Origin: an uncultured bacterium
GTDB lineage: Bacteria > Edwardsbacteria > AC1 > EtOH8
Assembly (NCBI GenBank): GCA_963780225.1
Contig: CAWAAX010000027.1
Coordinates: forward strand, 1 to 64,000
Length of the DNA: 64,000 bases
Direction of reading: 5' to 3'
Part shown: piece by piece, positions 28,944 through 39,873 of the stretch
How the letters are laid out: each line of letters begins with the position of its first letter
Position numbering within the stretch: position 1 is the stretch's first letter
The notes under the pieces: model-generated
Seen by the model: the letters and a program-made list of their open reading frames with translations, nothing else
Databases searched by the model: none
What the model was told of the DNA's origin: nothing
Made by a program: the position numbers and the translations under genes

Positions 28944-28995
28944 CTGCTTACAAAGTATTAGACTGCTGAAGGTGTAAAAAGGTTTATTATTGGGA

Positions 28996-29030
28996 AACAA
29001 AAAACGCCCCGCACAAAACGGGGCGTTTTA
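28996..29030 (-). terminator. Rho-independent terminator after the outer-membrane protein gene
   Basis: AAAACGCCCCG-cacaaaa-CGGGGCGTTTT. Confidence 0.75.
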
Positions 29031-29042
29031 AAGAATGCCGGA

Positions 29043-29555
29043 TTAGAACTTGAAGGAAACGCCGGCTGCCAGATAGTATGGATAACCGACTCTGGCATTA
29101 CCAATAACCGTCGGTGTCAAATCATAATTGATACCGGCATTGGCTCCAAAAAACATTGCACTAGCTGAAGCTGAGTAGTTGTATGTATACCAATCACCAT
29201 ATCCGGCAGCATACTCAACGGAAGAGGATACTATGTCATAACCTAACACAGCACCAACAAAAGGGTCAAGTCTTTGGCCAGGTTTGAAGTGATAATTCCC
29301 CTGAGCTCCAATAGAGATATAGGTATAACTCCAAGTTGCATAATAATAATCCTCTGACTGTGAAGACCAGCCGATAATTCCACCGCCGCTTATGTTCTTG
29401 TTAAATCCGTATTCACCCTGGGCACCGATCATCAGATCATGCCAACTAAAACCAATTAGTGGGCCAATCGTTGTTTTCCCCATTTCATACCCTTCGGCTG
29501 AGGCCATTCCGGCCATCACCGCCACCAGCAATAACACCACTGCCAGTTTCTTCAT
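29043..29555 (-). CDS. Small outer-membrane beta-barrel protein
   Basis: Signal peptide, alternating aromatic strands, C-terminal GVSFKF. Confidence 0.8.
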   Translation of the reverse strand: MKKLAVVLLLVAVMAGMASAEGYEMGKTTIGPLIGFSWHDLMIGAQGEYGFNKNISGGGIIGWSSQSEDYYYATWSYTYISIGAQGNYHFKPGQRLDPFVGAVLGYDIVSSSVEYAAGYGDWYTYNYSASASAMFFGANAGINYDLTPTVIGNARVGYPYYLAAGVSFKF

Positions 29556-29717
29556 GCCTGTTTCTCCTTTTAGTTAATTATGGTTTGTGGATTTATTTTC
29601 GTTTTACACTTGATAGTTTATACCAACTTACGGTAAAAGTCAAGACTATGGCCTCAAAATACAAAAATAATAATAACTAGTCAGACCTTAATTGTAAAGG
29701 ATATGTTTGTCAACCGT

Positions 29718-29893
29718 ATTGCCACGACCTTCAGGTCGTGGTGGTATGCAATTATATTAAATCCGGTGGGCTTTAGCCCCAGAGAAGTTCAGAATATTGA
29801 TTCGCAATCTCCGCCGTAGGCGGACAAGCGGGGTTGAAACCCCAAGAGATTTTTTCCGATCCTTCAGCCACCCCGATGTATCGGGGTGGCAAT
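29718..29893. repeat. Dispersed hairpin element, same family as 17177
   Basis: ATTGCCACGACCTTCAGGTCGTGG ... GCCACCCCGATGTATCGGGGTGGCAAT. Confidence 0.85.
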
Positions 29894-29999
29894 GGAAATA
29901 GAATAATTAGCGTAAAAAAGATGCCATTTTCCCACTGCCTGAACAGTTGCAAAATAAATGGGCAGTTCCCGTTTAACGGAAACTGCCCAGGAGATAGCA

Positions 30000-30095
30000 C
30001 TAACGGATCTTCTTCTTGTGCCGGTTGGCGCGGAGCCTCTTCTTGCGCTTGTGGGTGGCCATCTTGTGTCCTTTTTTCTTTTTACCGCAGGGCAT
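30000..30095 (-). CDS. 31-aa basic protein, bS22 / AURKAIP1-COX24 family (absent from the ORF track)
   Basis: MPCGKKKKGHKMATHKRKKRLRANRHKKKIR*, RBS-like AAAGG upstream, terminator hairpin at 29959-29989. Confidence 0.8.
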   Translation of the reverse strand: MPCGKKKKGHKMATHKRKKRLRANRHKKKIR

Positions 30096-30130
30096 AAAAA
30101 ACCTTTCTTCCTCTGTATTCTAAAGTGAAT

Positions 30131-30412
30131 TTATTTTTGCATTACCATGGCTTTAAGTTCGTTGGAGGCCTGGAATACCGGCGTCAGCCGGGCCGGGATC
30201 TGGACCGTCTCCGTTGGCCGCCGGGGGTTGCGGGCCAGCCTGGGTTTGCGCTCCTTGATTTTGAAGCGTCCAAAACCTCTGATCTCGATGTTCTTGCCTT
30301 CGGATAGCGTCTGCATAATGGAATCCAGAAACGAATCGACAATGATCTTGGCATCGCGCTGGGTAAAACCGGTTTTATCGCAGACAATCTTCACCAGATC
30401 AGCCTTAGTCAT
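30131..30412 (-). CDS. HU/IHF-family DNA-binding protein
   Basis: MTKADL..IEIRGFGRF..ARNP. Confidence 0.95.
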   Translation of the reverse strand: MTKADLVKIVCDKTGFTQRDAKIIVDSFLDSIMQTLSEGKNIEIRGFGRFKIKERKPRLARNPRRPTETVQIPARLTPVFQASNELKAMVMQK

Positions 30413-30463
30413 GAAATTCCCTCCTTTTGGTACGCTGTATGGATAATGAAACAATATGACCTA

Positions 30464-30682
30464 TCAATGACAGTTCCCGCAGTTATGCGAGGAACAACTG
30501 TGGCATCCGGACTTGGAAGACGAGGAAACAAAACCGCTCTGGCTCTTGCAGCCAAAGGCTGAAAATAGTTTTTCCACCGTAGTGCTTTGGCATTCCGGGC
30601 ACTTGGGATCGGGATCTGCAGCCCGCATTAACTGGTCAAATTTGTGCTGACACTGCCGGCACTCGAATTCGTATATCGGCAT
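30464..30682 (-). CDS. FmdB-family zinc-ribbon protein
   Basis: MPIYEFECRQC..CPEC..KLFS with a Cys-rich tail. Confidence 0.85.
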   Translation of the reverse strand: MPIYEFECRQCQHKFDQLMRAADPDPKCPECQSTTVEKLFSAFGCKSQSGFVSSSSKSGCHSCSSHNCGNCH

Positions 30683-30901
30683 ATTATTATAATACAACGA
30701 ATTAGGGAATTTGTCAATATGTTTTTTTATAAATTTGCAATATTTAGCAAAGCCCCTGCCGGGGAATCTACGACTTTACCCACGAAATGCACGAAAATGT
30801 TTCCCATGGAAAACGGATTCCCAAGGATATTCCTATACCTTTTCCTCAAAACGATAAAAGACTAAAGGTCTTACGATTCACGAATTACGAATAACGTTTA
30901 A

Positions 30902-31918
30902 CTAAAGAAGCGCTTCCAGCATTTTAAGGGCATGGCTTTGGGGAAAATCAACTTTATGCTTGAACTCCACTATCTGCAGACTTTCGCCGGGCTCGGGCAT
31001 TCCCCTTTCACCCTGACGGGCCGATATCAGGCAGGGAACCTTTAACAGATAGGCCAGCGAGAACAGGTCGTTCTTTATGCCGATAAAGGCCTTGGCAAAG
31101 GACAGGGCATCGGCCAGCTCTACCGTGGCCAGGGAATTCAGCATCAAGGCCCCGGCCGGGCTGGCGGTCTGAAGTTCGGGGCTGGAATTTATCAGCATCA
31201 GTTTAAGATTACCATGCTTTTGGGCCTGGCGCAAAAATCCGCCCAGGGATTGTCTTTTGAAAGCCGCGGCATCCAGGGCAATAAGCTGCTGGCCTTTTTG
31301 CAGGCCCTCCACCCGCAGGCGCTCCTTGAACTCCCGCCGGCCCTCGGTGTCCACTAACCGCGGCCATACTATGGGATGGCCGGCTGCCTCCAGCCCCAAA
31401 AACCCCAGCATGGCAAAATTGCGCCGGACTTCGTCGGCCGGAAGGTTCTCCTGGCGGATCATCACGTTCTTGAAGGGATAGCCGTCTTTGGAGAAAGCCC
31501 CGTACTTTAAACCGGGAATGGTTTGATAAAAGAGATAGTCGGTCAGCGGACAATCCTGGTAATTAAGGTTCAGCAGCAGGTCAAATCGCCGGGACTTGAT
31601 CAGCCCCTTAAGCCGCTTGAACTCGGCGCTGCCCCGGCCTTTCAATAGCTGGGGCCGGTAGTCTATGATCTCGTCCACCTCGTCGTCAAAATGCCACAGG
31701 CTACGGCGGCTCTCGTCCAGCATCAGGGACAATAGACTGTCGGAGTAATGCTTCCGCAAAGCCCTTAAAGCCGGAAGTGTCCACAGCACCTCGCCCTCGG
31801 CCTGGGCCGGAAAGATCAACACCCTTTTAGGCAGGCTGATATGCCTGGCGATAGGCAGCCGGGGTGGCCGCCCGAACCGCCGGGAAAAATCTATTGACAG
31901 GTCGGTAAAAAGTCCCAT
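30902..31918 (-). CDS. Divergent glycosyltransferase family 9 (heptosyltransferase-like)
   Basis: GEVLWTLPALRALRKHY, VDEII, FDLLLNL, AKAFIG; catalytic motifs degenerate. Confidence 0.65.
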   Translation of the reverse strand: MGLFTDLSIDFSRRFGRPPRLPIARHISLPKRVLIFPAQAEGEVLWTLPALRALRKHYSDSLLSLMLDESRRSLWHFDDEVDEIIDYRPQLLKGRGSAEFKRLKGLIKSRRFDLLLNLNYQDCPLTDYLFYQTIPGLKYGAFSKDGYPFKNVMIRQENLPADEVRRNFAMLGFLGLEAAGHPIVWPRLVDTEGRREFKERLRVEGLQKGQQLIALDAAAFKRQSLGGFLRQAQKHGNLKLMLINSSPELQTASPAGALMLNSLATVELADALSFAKAFIGIKNDLFSLAYLLKVPCLISARQGERGMPEPGESLQIVEFKHKVDFPQSHALKMLEALL

Positions 31919-31991
31919 TTGTTTGTTTTCCTGTTAGTATTTTTTAGCCACTAAGACACGAAGACAATTCCGATTTCCGATTTCCCATTTC

Positions 31992-34400
31992 CTATTTGGT
32001 AAATTTGGTGCCTTTGTGCCTTGGTGGCTTAATTGCCGCTTTCTTCTGGCGCCGGTCCTCAAAGGCCAGCTTCATCACCTGATCCACCGTCTCGGCGTAA
32101 TGGAACTGGAGTTTCTTCTTGACGTAATCCGGGACCTCCTCCAGGTCCTTCTGGTTCTGCTTGGGGATGATCACTTCCTTGATGCCGGCCCGCTGGGCGG
32201 CGATCACTTTTTCCTTGATCCCACCCACCGGCATTACCTTGCCCCGCAGGGTGATCTCTCCGGTCATGGCCAGGTAGTGTTTTACCGGGCGGTTGGATAA
32301 CAGCGAGACCAGCGAAGCGGCCAGGGTCACCCCGGCCGAGGGCCCGTCCTTGGGAATGGCCCCTGACGGGATGTGGACGTGGATGTCGTAGCGGTCGAAA
32401 AATTTGGGGTCCACCTGGTATTTGGCGGCGTTGGAGCGGACGTAGGACAGGGCGGCCATGGCCGATTCCTTCATCACCTCGCCCAGGCTGCCGGTCAGCT
32501 GCATTCCCTTCTTGCCCGGCATCTTGGTGGATTCGATGAACAGGATCTCCCCGCCCACCGAGGTCCAGGCCAGGCCGGTGGCCACCCCCACCTCGCCGGC
32601 CCGCTCGGCCAGCTCGGGGAAGATCTTTTGGGGGCCCAGCAGGTCCGGCAGCACCGCCGGGGTTATCACCCGCTTCTTGTCCTTGCCCGAAGCCACGTCC
32701 TTGGCTATCTTGCGGCAGACCGAGGCGATCTCCCGTTCCAGGTTGCGGACCCCGGACTCGCGGGTGTATTCGGAGATGATCTTCCTGATGGTGGTTTCCG
32801 GGATCTCTATCTGCTCCGGCTTCAGCCCGTTCTCCTTGATCTGCCGGGGCACCAGGTAATTGACGGCGATCTGCAGTTTTTCCTCCTCTATGTAGCCGGA
32901 AAGCTCCAGCACCTCCATCCGGTCCTTTAAGGCCGAGGGAATGGGATCGGTGATGTTGGCGGTGGTGATGAACATCACCTTGGACAGGTCGAACGGCACG
33001 TCCAGATAATGGTCGGCAAAGGAGAAGTTCTGTTCCGGGTCCAGCACCTCCAGCAGGGCCGCGGCCGGGTCGCCCCTAAAGTCCTGGCCGATCTTGTCCA
33101 CCTCGTCCAGCATGAAAACCGGGTTGTTGGAGCCGCATGCTTTTAGCCCCTGGATCACCCGGCCCGGCATGGAGCCGATGTAGGTGCGGCGGAAGCCCCG
33201 GATCTCGGCCTCGTCCCGCACCCCGCCCAGCGACATCCGGTAGAATTTCCGGCCCAAAGCCCGGGCGATGGAACGGCCCAGGCTTGTCTTGCCCACGCCA
33301 GGCGGCCCCACAAAGCAGAGGATGGGCCCCTTGGCGTCGTTCTTAAGCTTGCGCACCGCCAGGTACTCCACGATCCGGTCCTTGACCTTAACCAGGTCGT
33401 AGTGGTCCTGGTCCAGTATCTTGCGGGCTTCGATGATGTCCATGTTGTCCACGGTGGATTTGGTCCAGGGCAGGTTCAGCATCCAGTCGATGTAGGTGCG
33501 GGAAACGGTGTACTCCGCGGCGTGGGGAGGCATCCGGGCCATGCGGTCCAGTTCCTCCTTGGCGGCCTTAAGGGCCTCGGGGCTGAAGTTGGCCTTTTCT
33601 ATCTTATCCCGCAGGGTGCTGATCTCCACCGAGTATTCGTCGCCCTCCCCCAGCTCCCGCTGGATGGCCTTGATCTGCTCCCGCAGAAAATAGTTGCGCT
33701 GGTCCTTGTCCATCTCGGCCTTGACCTGGCCCCGGATCTTGTCGCCCAGCTCCAGGATGGACAGCTCCTTGGTCAGCATCGGGATCAGCTTTTCCAGGCG
33801 CTCCTTGGGCTCCACCGTCTCCAGGATGGTCTGGCGCTCGGCCACGCTCAGGTTAAGGTTGGAGGCCACCAGGTCGGCCAGCTTGGAGGGGTCCTCCACG
33901 TTCAGGGCCACGGTCTGCAGTTCGTCCGGCAGGTAGGGCGCCAGGTTGATGATCTTCTGGAACAGGCTGGAGACATTGCGCATCAGGGCCTCGGACTCGA
34001 TGGTCTTCCGGGACTTTTCCTTGATGACCTCGACCTTGGCCTTGAAATACGGCTCGGTCTGGGTGAACTTGGCCAGCCGGATCCGGTTAAGCCCCTGGAC
34101 CAGCAGGCGGATGCTACCGTCGGGGAAGCGCAGCATCTTGATGATCAGGGCCGCGGTGCCGAACTGGTAGATCTCGTCCGGCTTGGGATCGTCGGTATCC
34201 TGGCGCACCTGGGTGCACAGCCCCACGATCTTGGAACCGGTCAGCACTTCGTCGGTCAGCTTGATCATCCGTTCGTTGGTGATCACCAGGGGAATGATCA
34301 GATAGGGATACACCACCTGTCCCTTGACCGGCAGGATGGCCAGCTCGGACGGGATCTTGATGTCCTTGTTTTCCTTGGTATCTTTGGTTTCTTCGGGCAT
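31992..34400 (-). CDS. lon: ATP-dependent protease La
   Basis: [23 protein letters not shown]. Confidence 0.97.
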   Translation of the reverse strand: MPEETKDTKENKDIKIPSELAILPVKGQVVYPYLIIPLVITNERMIKLTDEVLTGSKIVGLCTQVRQDTDDPKPDEIYQFGTAALIIKMLRFPDGSIRLLVQGLNRIRLAKFTQTEPYFKAKVEVIKEKSRKTIESEALMRNVSSLFQKIINLAPYLPDELQTVALNVEDPSKLADLVASNLNLSVAERQTILETVEPKERLEKLIPMLTKELSILELGDKIRGQVKAEMDKDQRNYFLREQIKAIQRELGEGDEYSVEISTLRDKIEKANFSPEALKAAKEELDRMARMPPHAAEYTVSRTYIDWMLNLPWTKSTVDNMDIIEARKILDQDHYDLVKVKDRIVEYLAVRKLKNDAKGPILCFVGPPGVGKTSLGRSIARALGRKFYRMSLGGVRDEAEIRGFRRTYIGSMPGRVIQGLKACGSNNPVFMLDEVDKIGQDFRGDPAAALLEVLDPEQNFSFADHYLDVPFDLSKVMFITTANITDPIPSALKDRMEVLELSGYIEEEKLQIAVNYLVPRQIKENGLKPEQIEIPETTIRKIISEYTRESGVRNLEREIASVCRKIAKDVASGKDKKRVITPAVLPDLLGPQKIFPELAERAGEVGVATGLAWTSVGGEILFIESTKMPGKKGMQLTGSLGEVMKESAMAALSYVRSNAAKYQVDPKFFDRYDIHVHIPSGAIPKDGPSAGVTLAASLVSLLSNRPVKHYLAMTGEITLRGKVMPVGGIKEKVIAAQRAGIKEVIIPKQNQKDLEEVPDYVKKKLQFHYAETVDQVMKLAFEDRRQKKAAIKPPRHKGTKFTK

Positions 34401-34592
34401 GATATGTAATGCGTTCCTTAAAGTTTGTTGCTGAGATTAGAATATCTTAAATTTACCACAAAAAGCACAAAACTCACAAAAATATTTTCTTTTAAGGATA
34501 ACCCTAAAAGATATAAACGGAATTACAATTAGAATATTTTGTCCTGATATTTTGTGTCATCTGTGCCTTTTGTGGTTAAATAGCCTCAGTAG

Positions 34593-35027
34593 TTACTCCA
34601 CCGGGACCTCCACCGTCCGCTTGATGTCCTTGGGCAGCCTGATGTCCAGGATCCCGTTGCTGAAGCTGGATTTGATCTGGTCGGAGGCGATCCCCTGGGG
34701 CAGGGACACCATCTTCTCAAACTGGCCCTGGATGATCTCCATCTTGTGATACCATCGTTTCCCGTCCCCGTGGGCCAGTTCCCGCCGCAAGCCCCGGATG
34801 CAGAGGTTGTCGTTGATCAGGGTGATGGCGATGTCGCCTTTGGCCACCCCGGCCAGCTCCAGCTTGATCACGAATTCCTGCTCGGTCTCGTAAACGTCGG
34901 CATAGGGCTGCCAGGCCGCCTGGTCATTCAGGTGGTACGAGGGATGGGCCAGCTGGCCCAGGTCCTGAAAGAGCCGCCCCAGGTCCTGGCGGATGACCTT
35001 GACAAATTTTACATCGTCTTCGGACAT
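34593..35027 (-). CDS. Hsp20/alpha-crystallin small heat-shock protein
   Basis: PYADVYET..ELAGV..NGILDIRLPK. Confidence 0.9.
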   Translation of the reverse strand: MSEDDVKFVKVIRQDLGRLFQDLGQLAHPSYHLNDQAAWQPYADVYETEQEFVIKLELAGVAKGDIAITLINDNLCIRGLRRELAHGDGKRWYHKMEIIQGQFEKMVSLPQGIASDQIKSSFSNGILDIRLPKDIKRTVEVPVE

Positions 35028-35219
35028 TTTGTTGCTCCTTATTACCGCTTGGCGGTTTGGCTGATGACTATGCCATTACCCTGGGCAATAAATGGAATAT
35101 GGGGTCTATGGATTATTATAATCAATTTTTTAGGTAAACGCAATAAGAATTGAAATGGGGTAAGCCTCATTTCCCGCAGGATCATGCGCCCGGAGACAAA
35201 ACCCCAAACACATTTTTCC

Positions 35220-36080
35220 TCAATCTTCGTCCTCCGCCCTGGGATGCGCCTGCTTGTAAACCTTCTTCAGCCTGTCCACCGTCACGTGGGTGTATATCTG
35301 GGTGGTGGAAAGGCTGGCGTGGCCCAGCAGTTCCTTGACCGCCTTCAGGTCGGCCCCCCGGTCCAGCAGATGTGTGGCAAACGAATGGCGCAGGGCGTGG
35401 GGGCTGGCCTTGCCGCCGTAGTCGGAAAGGCGGATCCGGGCCTTTACTATCCTCTGCAGCTGCCGTCTGGTCAGCTGTTTCCCGTTCTTGCCCAGGAACA
35501 CAAATCCTTCATCCTCCCTCCCTTCCAGCAACTGTTTGAGGACCGCCGCCGAAGCCCTGGTCAATGGCACTATCCGCTCCTTGCCCCCCTTGCCTTTTAC
35601 CTTGACCTGCAGGCTTGACAGGTCAAGGTCCCTGGACTTCAAACCCAGCAGTTCCGAGGACCGCAGGCCGCTGCCGTACAGTAGTTCCATGATGGCGTCA
35701 TCGCGGATCTTATCGGCGGGATCGCCCTGGTTGGATTCCACAGCCTGAATGACCTGGGGCTGGGAAAGGAAGCCCGGCAGTTTCTTATCCTGCTTGGGCG
35801 AGCGCAGGCCCAGCGTCGGGTTCGTCTCCACGGCCGATTCCCTGAGGGCATATTTGAAATAAGACTTGACGGCCGACAATTTGCGTCCCAGCGAGCGCTT
35901 GTCCATCCCCTGCTGCTGCAGCCAGCCCAGGTAACGCCGGATGTCGTTGCGTCCCACCTTGCCCGGTTCCTGGTGCTTAAGGAACAGGAACAACTGGGTC
36001 ACATCCCGGCGGTAGGCCTCCAGGGTGTTGTCCGCCAGGTTGCGCTCGGTCTTAAGGTATTTTATGAAACTGTCGATCAT
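35220..36080 (-). CDS. xerC: Tyrosine recombinase XerC
   Basis: LYGSGLR, GKGGKER, HALRHSFATHLL, LLGHASLSTTQIYT. Confidence 0.85.
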   Translation of the reverse strand: MIDSFIKYLKTERNLADNTLEAYRRDVTQLFLFLKHQEPGKVGRNDIRRYLGWLQQQGMDKRSLGRKLSAVKSYFKYALRESAVETNPTLGLRSPKQDKKLPGFLSQPQVIQAVESNQGDPADKIRDDAIMELLYGSGLRSSELLGLKSRDLDLSSLQVKVKGKGGKERIVPLTRASAAVLKQLLEGREDEGFVFLGKNGKQLTRRQLQRIVKARIRLSDYGGKASPHALRHSFATHLLDRGADLKAVKELLGHASLSTTQIYTHVTVDRLKKVYKQAHPRAEDED

Positions 36081-36272
36081 CGTTTATTGCTTGACTTTTG
36101 GGCCGTGGTCACTTATCATTTGGAACATAGCACTAAAGAAGCTATACCAATTGGCCACAGAAAGCACATAAAACACAAACTATTTATTTTATTTTTAGTT
36201 TCTTCTTTTTTTGTGCCCTTTGTGCTTTTTGTGGTTAAATAGCCAAAGGTAACCTGCAACTTATTTACTTTC

Positions 36273-37311
36273 ATGAAAACAAAGACATCTTTGGCCGGGC
36301 GTTCGACCCAGGAACTGCAGGAACTGCTGGCCCCGCTGGGTTTCAAAGCCTTTCAGGTGAAGCAGCTGATGGCCTGGATATACCAGAAGAACGCTTCCGG
36401 TTTTTCGGCCATGACGGATCTGTCCCAAGCCTTTCGGGAAAAGCTGGACAAGGAGTTCTGCCTGCACGAACTGTCCATTGCCAAAAAAATATCCTCCCGG
36501 GACGGCACCACCAAACTGCTGCTGCAGGCCCAGGACGGCCAGCAGGTGGAATCCGTGGTCATCACCGCCCCCGGCCGTCTGACCGCCTGCATCTCCTCCC
36601 AGGCTGGCTGCCGGCTGGCCTGCGCCTTCTGCGCCACCGGCAAGATGGGTTTGGTCCGTAACCTGGACTGCCTCCGAGATAGTGGACCAGCTGTGCCTGC
36701 TGCAGGATCTGTCGCCGGAGCACAGGATCACCAACGTCGTCTTCATGGGAATGGGCGAGCCAATGGAGAACTACGACCAGGCGCTTAAGGCCGCCCGGAT
36801 CATCAACTCCCATCAGGGGTTCAACCTGGGGGCCCGGCATATCACCATCTCCACCTCCGGGCTGGTGCCGGGGATACTGAGGCTGATGGAGGAGCCGGAG
36901 CAGTTCAAGCTGGCCATTTCTCTGAACGCCGCCGACGACAAGGTTCGCAGCCGCCTGATGCCCATCAACAAAAAGTATCCCCTAAAGGCGATGCTGGAGG
37001 CGGTAAAAAAGTACAGCAACAAAAAGGGCAAGCTGGTCTTCTTTGAATACATCCTGCTGGAGGGAATAAACGACAGCCTGGAGGATGCGGAGAACCTGTC
37101 GCGGCTGTTAAAGAACATCCCCGGCAAGGTCAACCTGATCACCTACAACCCGGGGGGCCGGGAAGAGACCCTGCAGCCGTCGTCGGTGGAAGCCCGGCGG
37201 GCTTTTTACGACAAGCTCTGCCAGCTGGGAGTGGCGGTGACCTTCCGGGCCAGCAAGGGTCAGGACATCAAGGCGGCCTGCGGCCAGTTGAAGGCGGCGA
37301 TGAATCCCTGA
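36273..37311 (+). CDS. rlmN: Dual-specificity RNA methyltransferase RlmN (+1 insertion near 36666)
   Basis: [33 protein letters not shown]; removing one G restores [10 protein letters not shown]. Confidence 0.92.
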
Positions 37312-37342
37312 AATAATAACCCAGACCTGAAGGACTGGGCTA

Positions 37343-39136
37343 TTATTTGCCAGCTATAGTCAAAAGATATTCCTTAATGCCCAGAAACACAGACCTGGCT
37401 ATCTTCTCCTGAAACTCGGCGGTCAACAGCAGGGCCTCTTCCTTTGGCACTATGATGAAGGCCGGCTCCACCAGGAATGACGGCATCTGGGTGGCCCGGC
37501 ACAGCACCAGGTTGCCGTAGTAGAACCCGTGATCGGGCACCTGCAATGTCTTCTGGAATTGGCGGTGGACAGCAAAGGCCAGGTCCCGGCTGAACGGCTG
37601 GTAATAGTAAGTGGAAAAGCCGCTGTCCTCCAGGGGATTCACCCCGTCGGGCGAGGCGTTGTTGTGGATGCTGACCAGAATGTCCGCCCCCCAGGCCGCG
37701 GCCCGGGCCGGCCGCTGATAGATGCCCACCTGCTGGTCTCCTTCCCGGGGATAATAAACTTTGGCCCCGGCGTTCTTCAAAAGATTTCCCAGCCTCCTGG
37801 ATATCTGCCAGTTGACCTCCTTCTCCAGTGTCCGCAACGGCCCCACCGCGCCGCTCTCCGGCGAATGCCCGGCATCCACTGCTATTTTGATTCCGGCCAG
37901 AGGCCGGTTTTTTTGTACCCTGGGCCGCGGCTTTATCTCTATCTCCAGGTTATTCTGCTGATAACGGGCGTCAAATCCCCACAAGGGCTGGCTTAAGAAG
38001 ATCTCCAGTTCCACCTCGCCGTTCTGCACCTGCCGCCAGCGGATGTCCTTGACCAGCTTGTCCAGGGGATCGTAGCGCACCCAGTCCATGTCGGCCTGGG
38101 CCCCGAAGACCAGAAGTTTTAGCGACATCCCGTCGGCCGAGGCTTTGGCGCTGTAGGCGCAGGCCCGGGAAAGCGAGAACCTGACCAGGGCCTTCTCCTC
38201 GTTTTTGAAAGTGCGCCCCACCGCCAGTTTGGCGCGAACCATCGGTCCCGGCCACGGCTTTATAACGACCGATTCCTTTTTGACCCATGCCTCCTTGCTA
38301 CCGGTCAACTTGACCCGGTAATTTTCCCCGGCGCTGCCGGTCAGCTCCAGGTTCACCCCCGGGGGCAGAAATATCTCGTATCCCAGATCGGGACCGGTCT
38401 TCAGCACCGTCACCGAATCCTTGGTGACCGCCCAGACCATCAGGCTTTCCGGCCAGGTGCTGACCCTGGATTCGGAAGAATCCACCACCATCATCCCCAA
38501 AGTGTCCACCAGGTACAGATATATTTTTTCGGAGTACCATTGGTCGCGGCCGGATACCAGATAGCTTCCCATATAGGTTCCGGGCAGGGTCAAAGTATCG
38601 GGAGCGATGGAATCGGAAAAGGCCAGCGCCTTTTCATCCTGCTCCATCCTGCCGATCCTTTCCTCCATGGGAATGCCCTGCCCCCGGCCGATGGAGAAGC
38701 TGGCCTTGCGGTCCGGCGTACCCCTGAAAGTTACCGCCATGCGGTCTCCGGCCCTGACCCCCAGCTCCTGTCCGGGAGTGATGGTGCCGTGCACTATGGC
38801 CAGACTGTCGGGGCTGATCATTATGCTGCGGGGAGCCACCTTGACATTGCGGATCAGGCTGTCGCTCTGGCCGTTCTTATGGGCCAGCAGTTTGATCTGG
38901 AATTGTCCGGCAGAGAAAGGGATGTAAGCCAAGAAAGCCCCGTCTTCGTGGACATCCGTTTTCTGCCCGTTCACCCACAACTGGCTGCCCGGAGTGACCG
39001 AACCGATGATGAAGGAATTGGCCACCGGACCGATGTTGTCGCCTTCCCGGGGATAGACCAGGTCTATCCGGGGCTGGGCCGCCAGGGAGGCGGCCAGGGC
39101 GCAGAAGATGTATAGCAGCAATAAGTTTCTTTTCAT
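37343..39136 (-). CDS. N-acetylmuramoyl-L-alanine amidase (Amidase_3) with N-terminal accessory domains
   Basis: IAVDAGH, EKEVN, SIHNNA, LVEPAF. Confidence 0.9.
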   Translation of the reverse strand: MKRNLLLLYIFCALAASLAAQPRIDLVYPREGDNIGPVANSFIIGSVTPGSQLWVNGQKTDVHEDGAFLAYIPFSAGQFQIKLLAHKNGQSDSLIRNVKVAPRSIMISPDSLAIVHGTITPGQELGVRAGDRMAVTFRGTPDRKASFSIGRGQGIPMEERIGRMEQDEKALAFSDSIAPDTLTLPGTYMGSYLVSGRDQWYSEKIYLYLVDTLGMMVVDSSESRVSTWPESLMVWAVTKDSVTVLKTGPDLGYEIFLPPGVNLELTGSAGENYRVKLTGSKEAWVKKESVVIKPWPGPMVRAKLAVGRTFKNEEKALVRFSLSRACAYSAKASADGMSLKLLVFGAQADMDWVRYDPLDKLVKDIRWRQVQNGEVELEIFLSQPLWGFDARYQQNNLEIEIKPRPRVQKNRPLAGIKIAVDAGHSPESGAVGPLRTLEKEVNWQISRRLGNLLKNAGAKVYYPREGDQQVGIYQRPARAAAWGADILVSIHNNASPDGVNPLEDSGFSTYYYQPFSRDLAFAVHRQFQKTLQVPDHGFYYGNLVLCRATQMPSFLVEPAFIIVPKEEALLLTAEFQEKIARSVFLGIKEYLLTIAGK

Positions 39137-39216
39137 AACCGGATTTTATTATTATTTTTCTCAGGCAGGCAACGTTCATCGTTGCGGACTACCAGCCGCC
39201 GCCGGATTTGAATTTT

Positions 39217-39860
39217 CACGCTGAAAGCGTGCAGGAATAAAGACGGTGGCTTCAGCCTCCGGCAATGGCAGTAACGCCTCTCAAGGCGCCCTGAAGGGCC
39301 GCAGGAAACCTAGTCCCAAATGTAACGTTCGTCATACTTGACCCCATGTTTCTTCAGTAGCAGCAAGAATTCCTCTTTAAAACTTTTTCCCCTGTGATGT
39401 TCCTCTTGGTTTTCGATATACCGTAAAACCGTTTCAACCATAGATTCACTTACAGTGAATGCGCCATAGCCCCGTTGCCACGCAAAATGACCCTTTATCC
39501 TGCCGCCTTCGTTCACCCATCTTGAGGAACTCCCTTTGATGCATTGCAAGGCATCAGAAACTGATAGTGTCGGCGGCAAAGACGCGAGAATATGGATGTG
39601 ATCCATCGTGCCACCAATTTTGAGCATTGCACCATTTTCCCCGCGAATGATACCCCCGATATACGGGTACAAGGTTTCGCGCAATGCCGGAGTAACGATA
39701 TTCTGACGTCCTTTGGTCGAAAACACAATGTGATAAACAAGATGCGTCAATGTGCTTCCCATAAACCCTCTTTTCCCTCCGCCCCTTCAGGGCGGGCATT
39801 CATCCCATTTATAGCCTGTGGCCAAAGCCACAGGCTATGTCCTATTGCCCCTTCAGGGCT
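39217..39860. mobile_element. Solo IS200-like/RAYT-like element with inverted three-hairpin arms
   Basis: Y1 transposase flanked by GCCCTGAAGGGC (left) and GCCCCTTCAGGGC x2 (right) palindromes; no tnpB. Confidence 0.75.
39310..39762 (-). CDS. tnpA: IS200/IS605-family HUH (Y1) transposase
   Basis: YHIVFSTK, DHIHIL (HUH), WQRGY, YIENQ. Confidence 0.92.
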   Translation of the reverse strand: MGSTLTHLVYHIVFSTKGRQNIVTPALRETLYPYIGGIIRGENGAMLKIGGTMDHIHILASLPPTLSVSDALQCIKGSSSRWVNEGGRIKGHFAWQRGYGAFTVSESMVETVLRYIENQEEHHRGKSFKEEFLLLLKKHGVKYDERYIWD

Positions 39861-39873
39861 TTAACTTTGGTTC

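Noticed and set aside
33402..34409. Long antisense ORFs (also 168-1223, 3343-4278, 54146-55705, 57292-58200, 58191-59165, 61104-62114)
   Set aside because: Shadow frames of GC-rich genes on the opposite strand, with no recognisable motifs.
35220..36080. Prophage or island integrase
   Set aside because: Length and motifs fit chromosomal XerC; no att-like repeats, tRNA or phage genes nearby.
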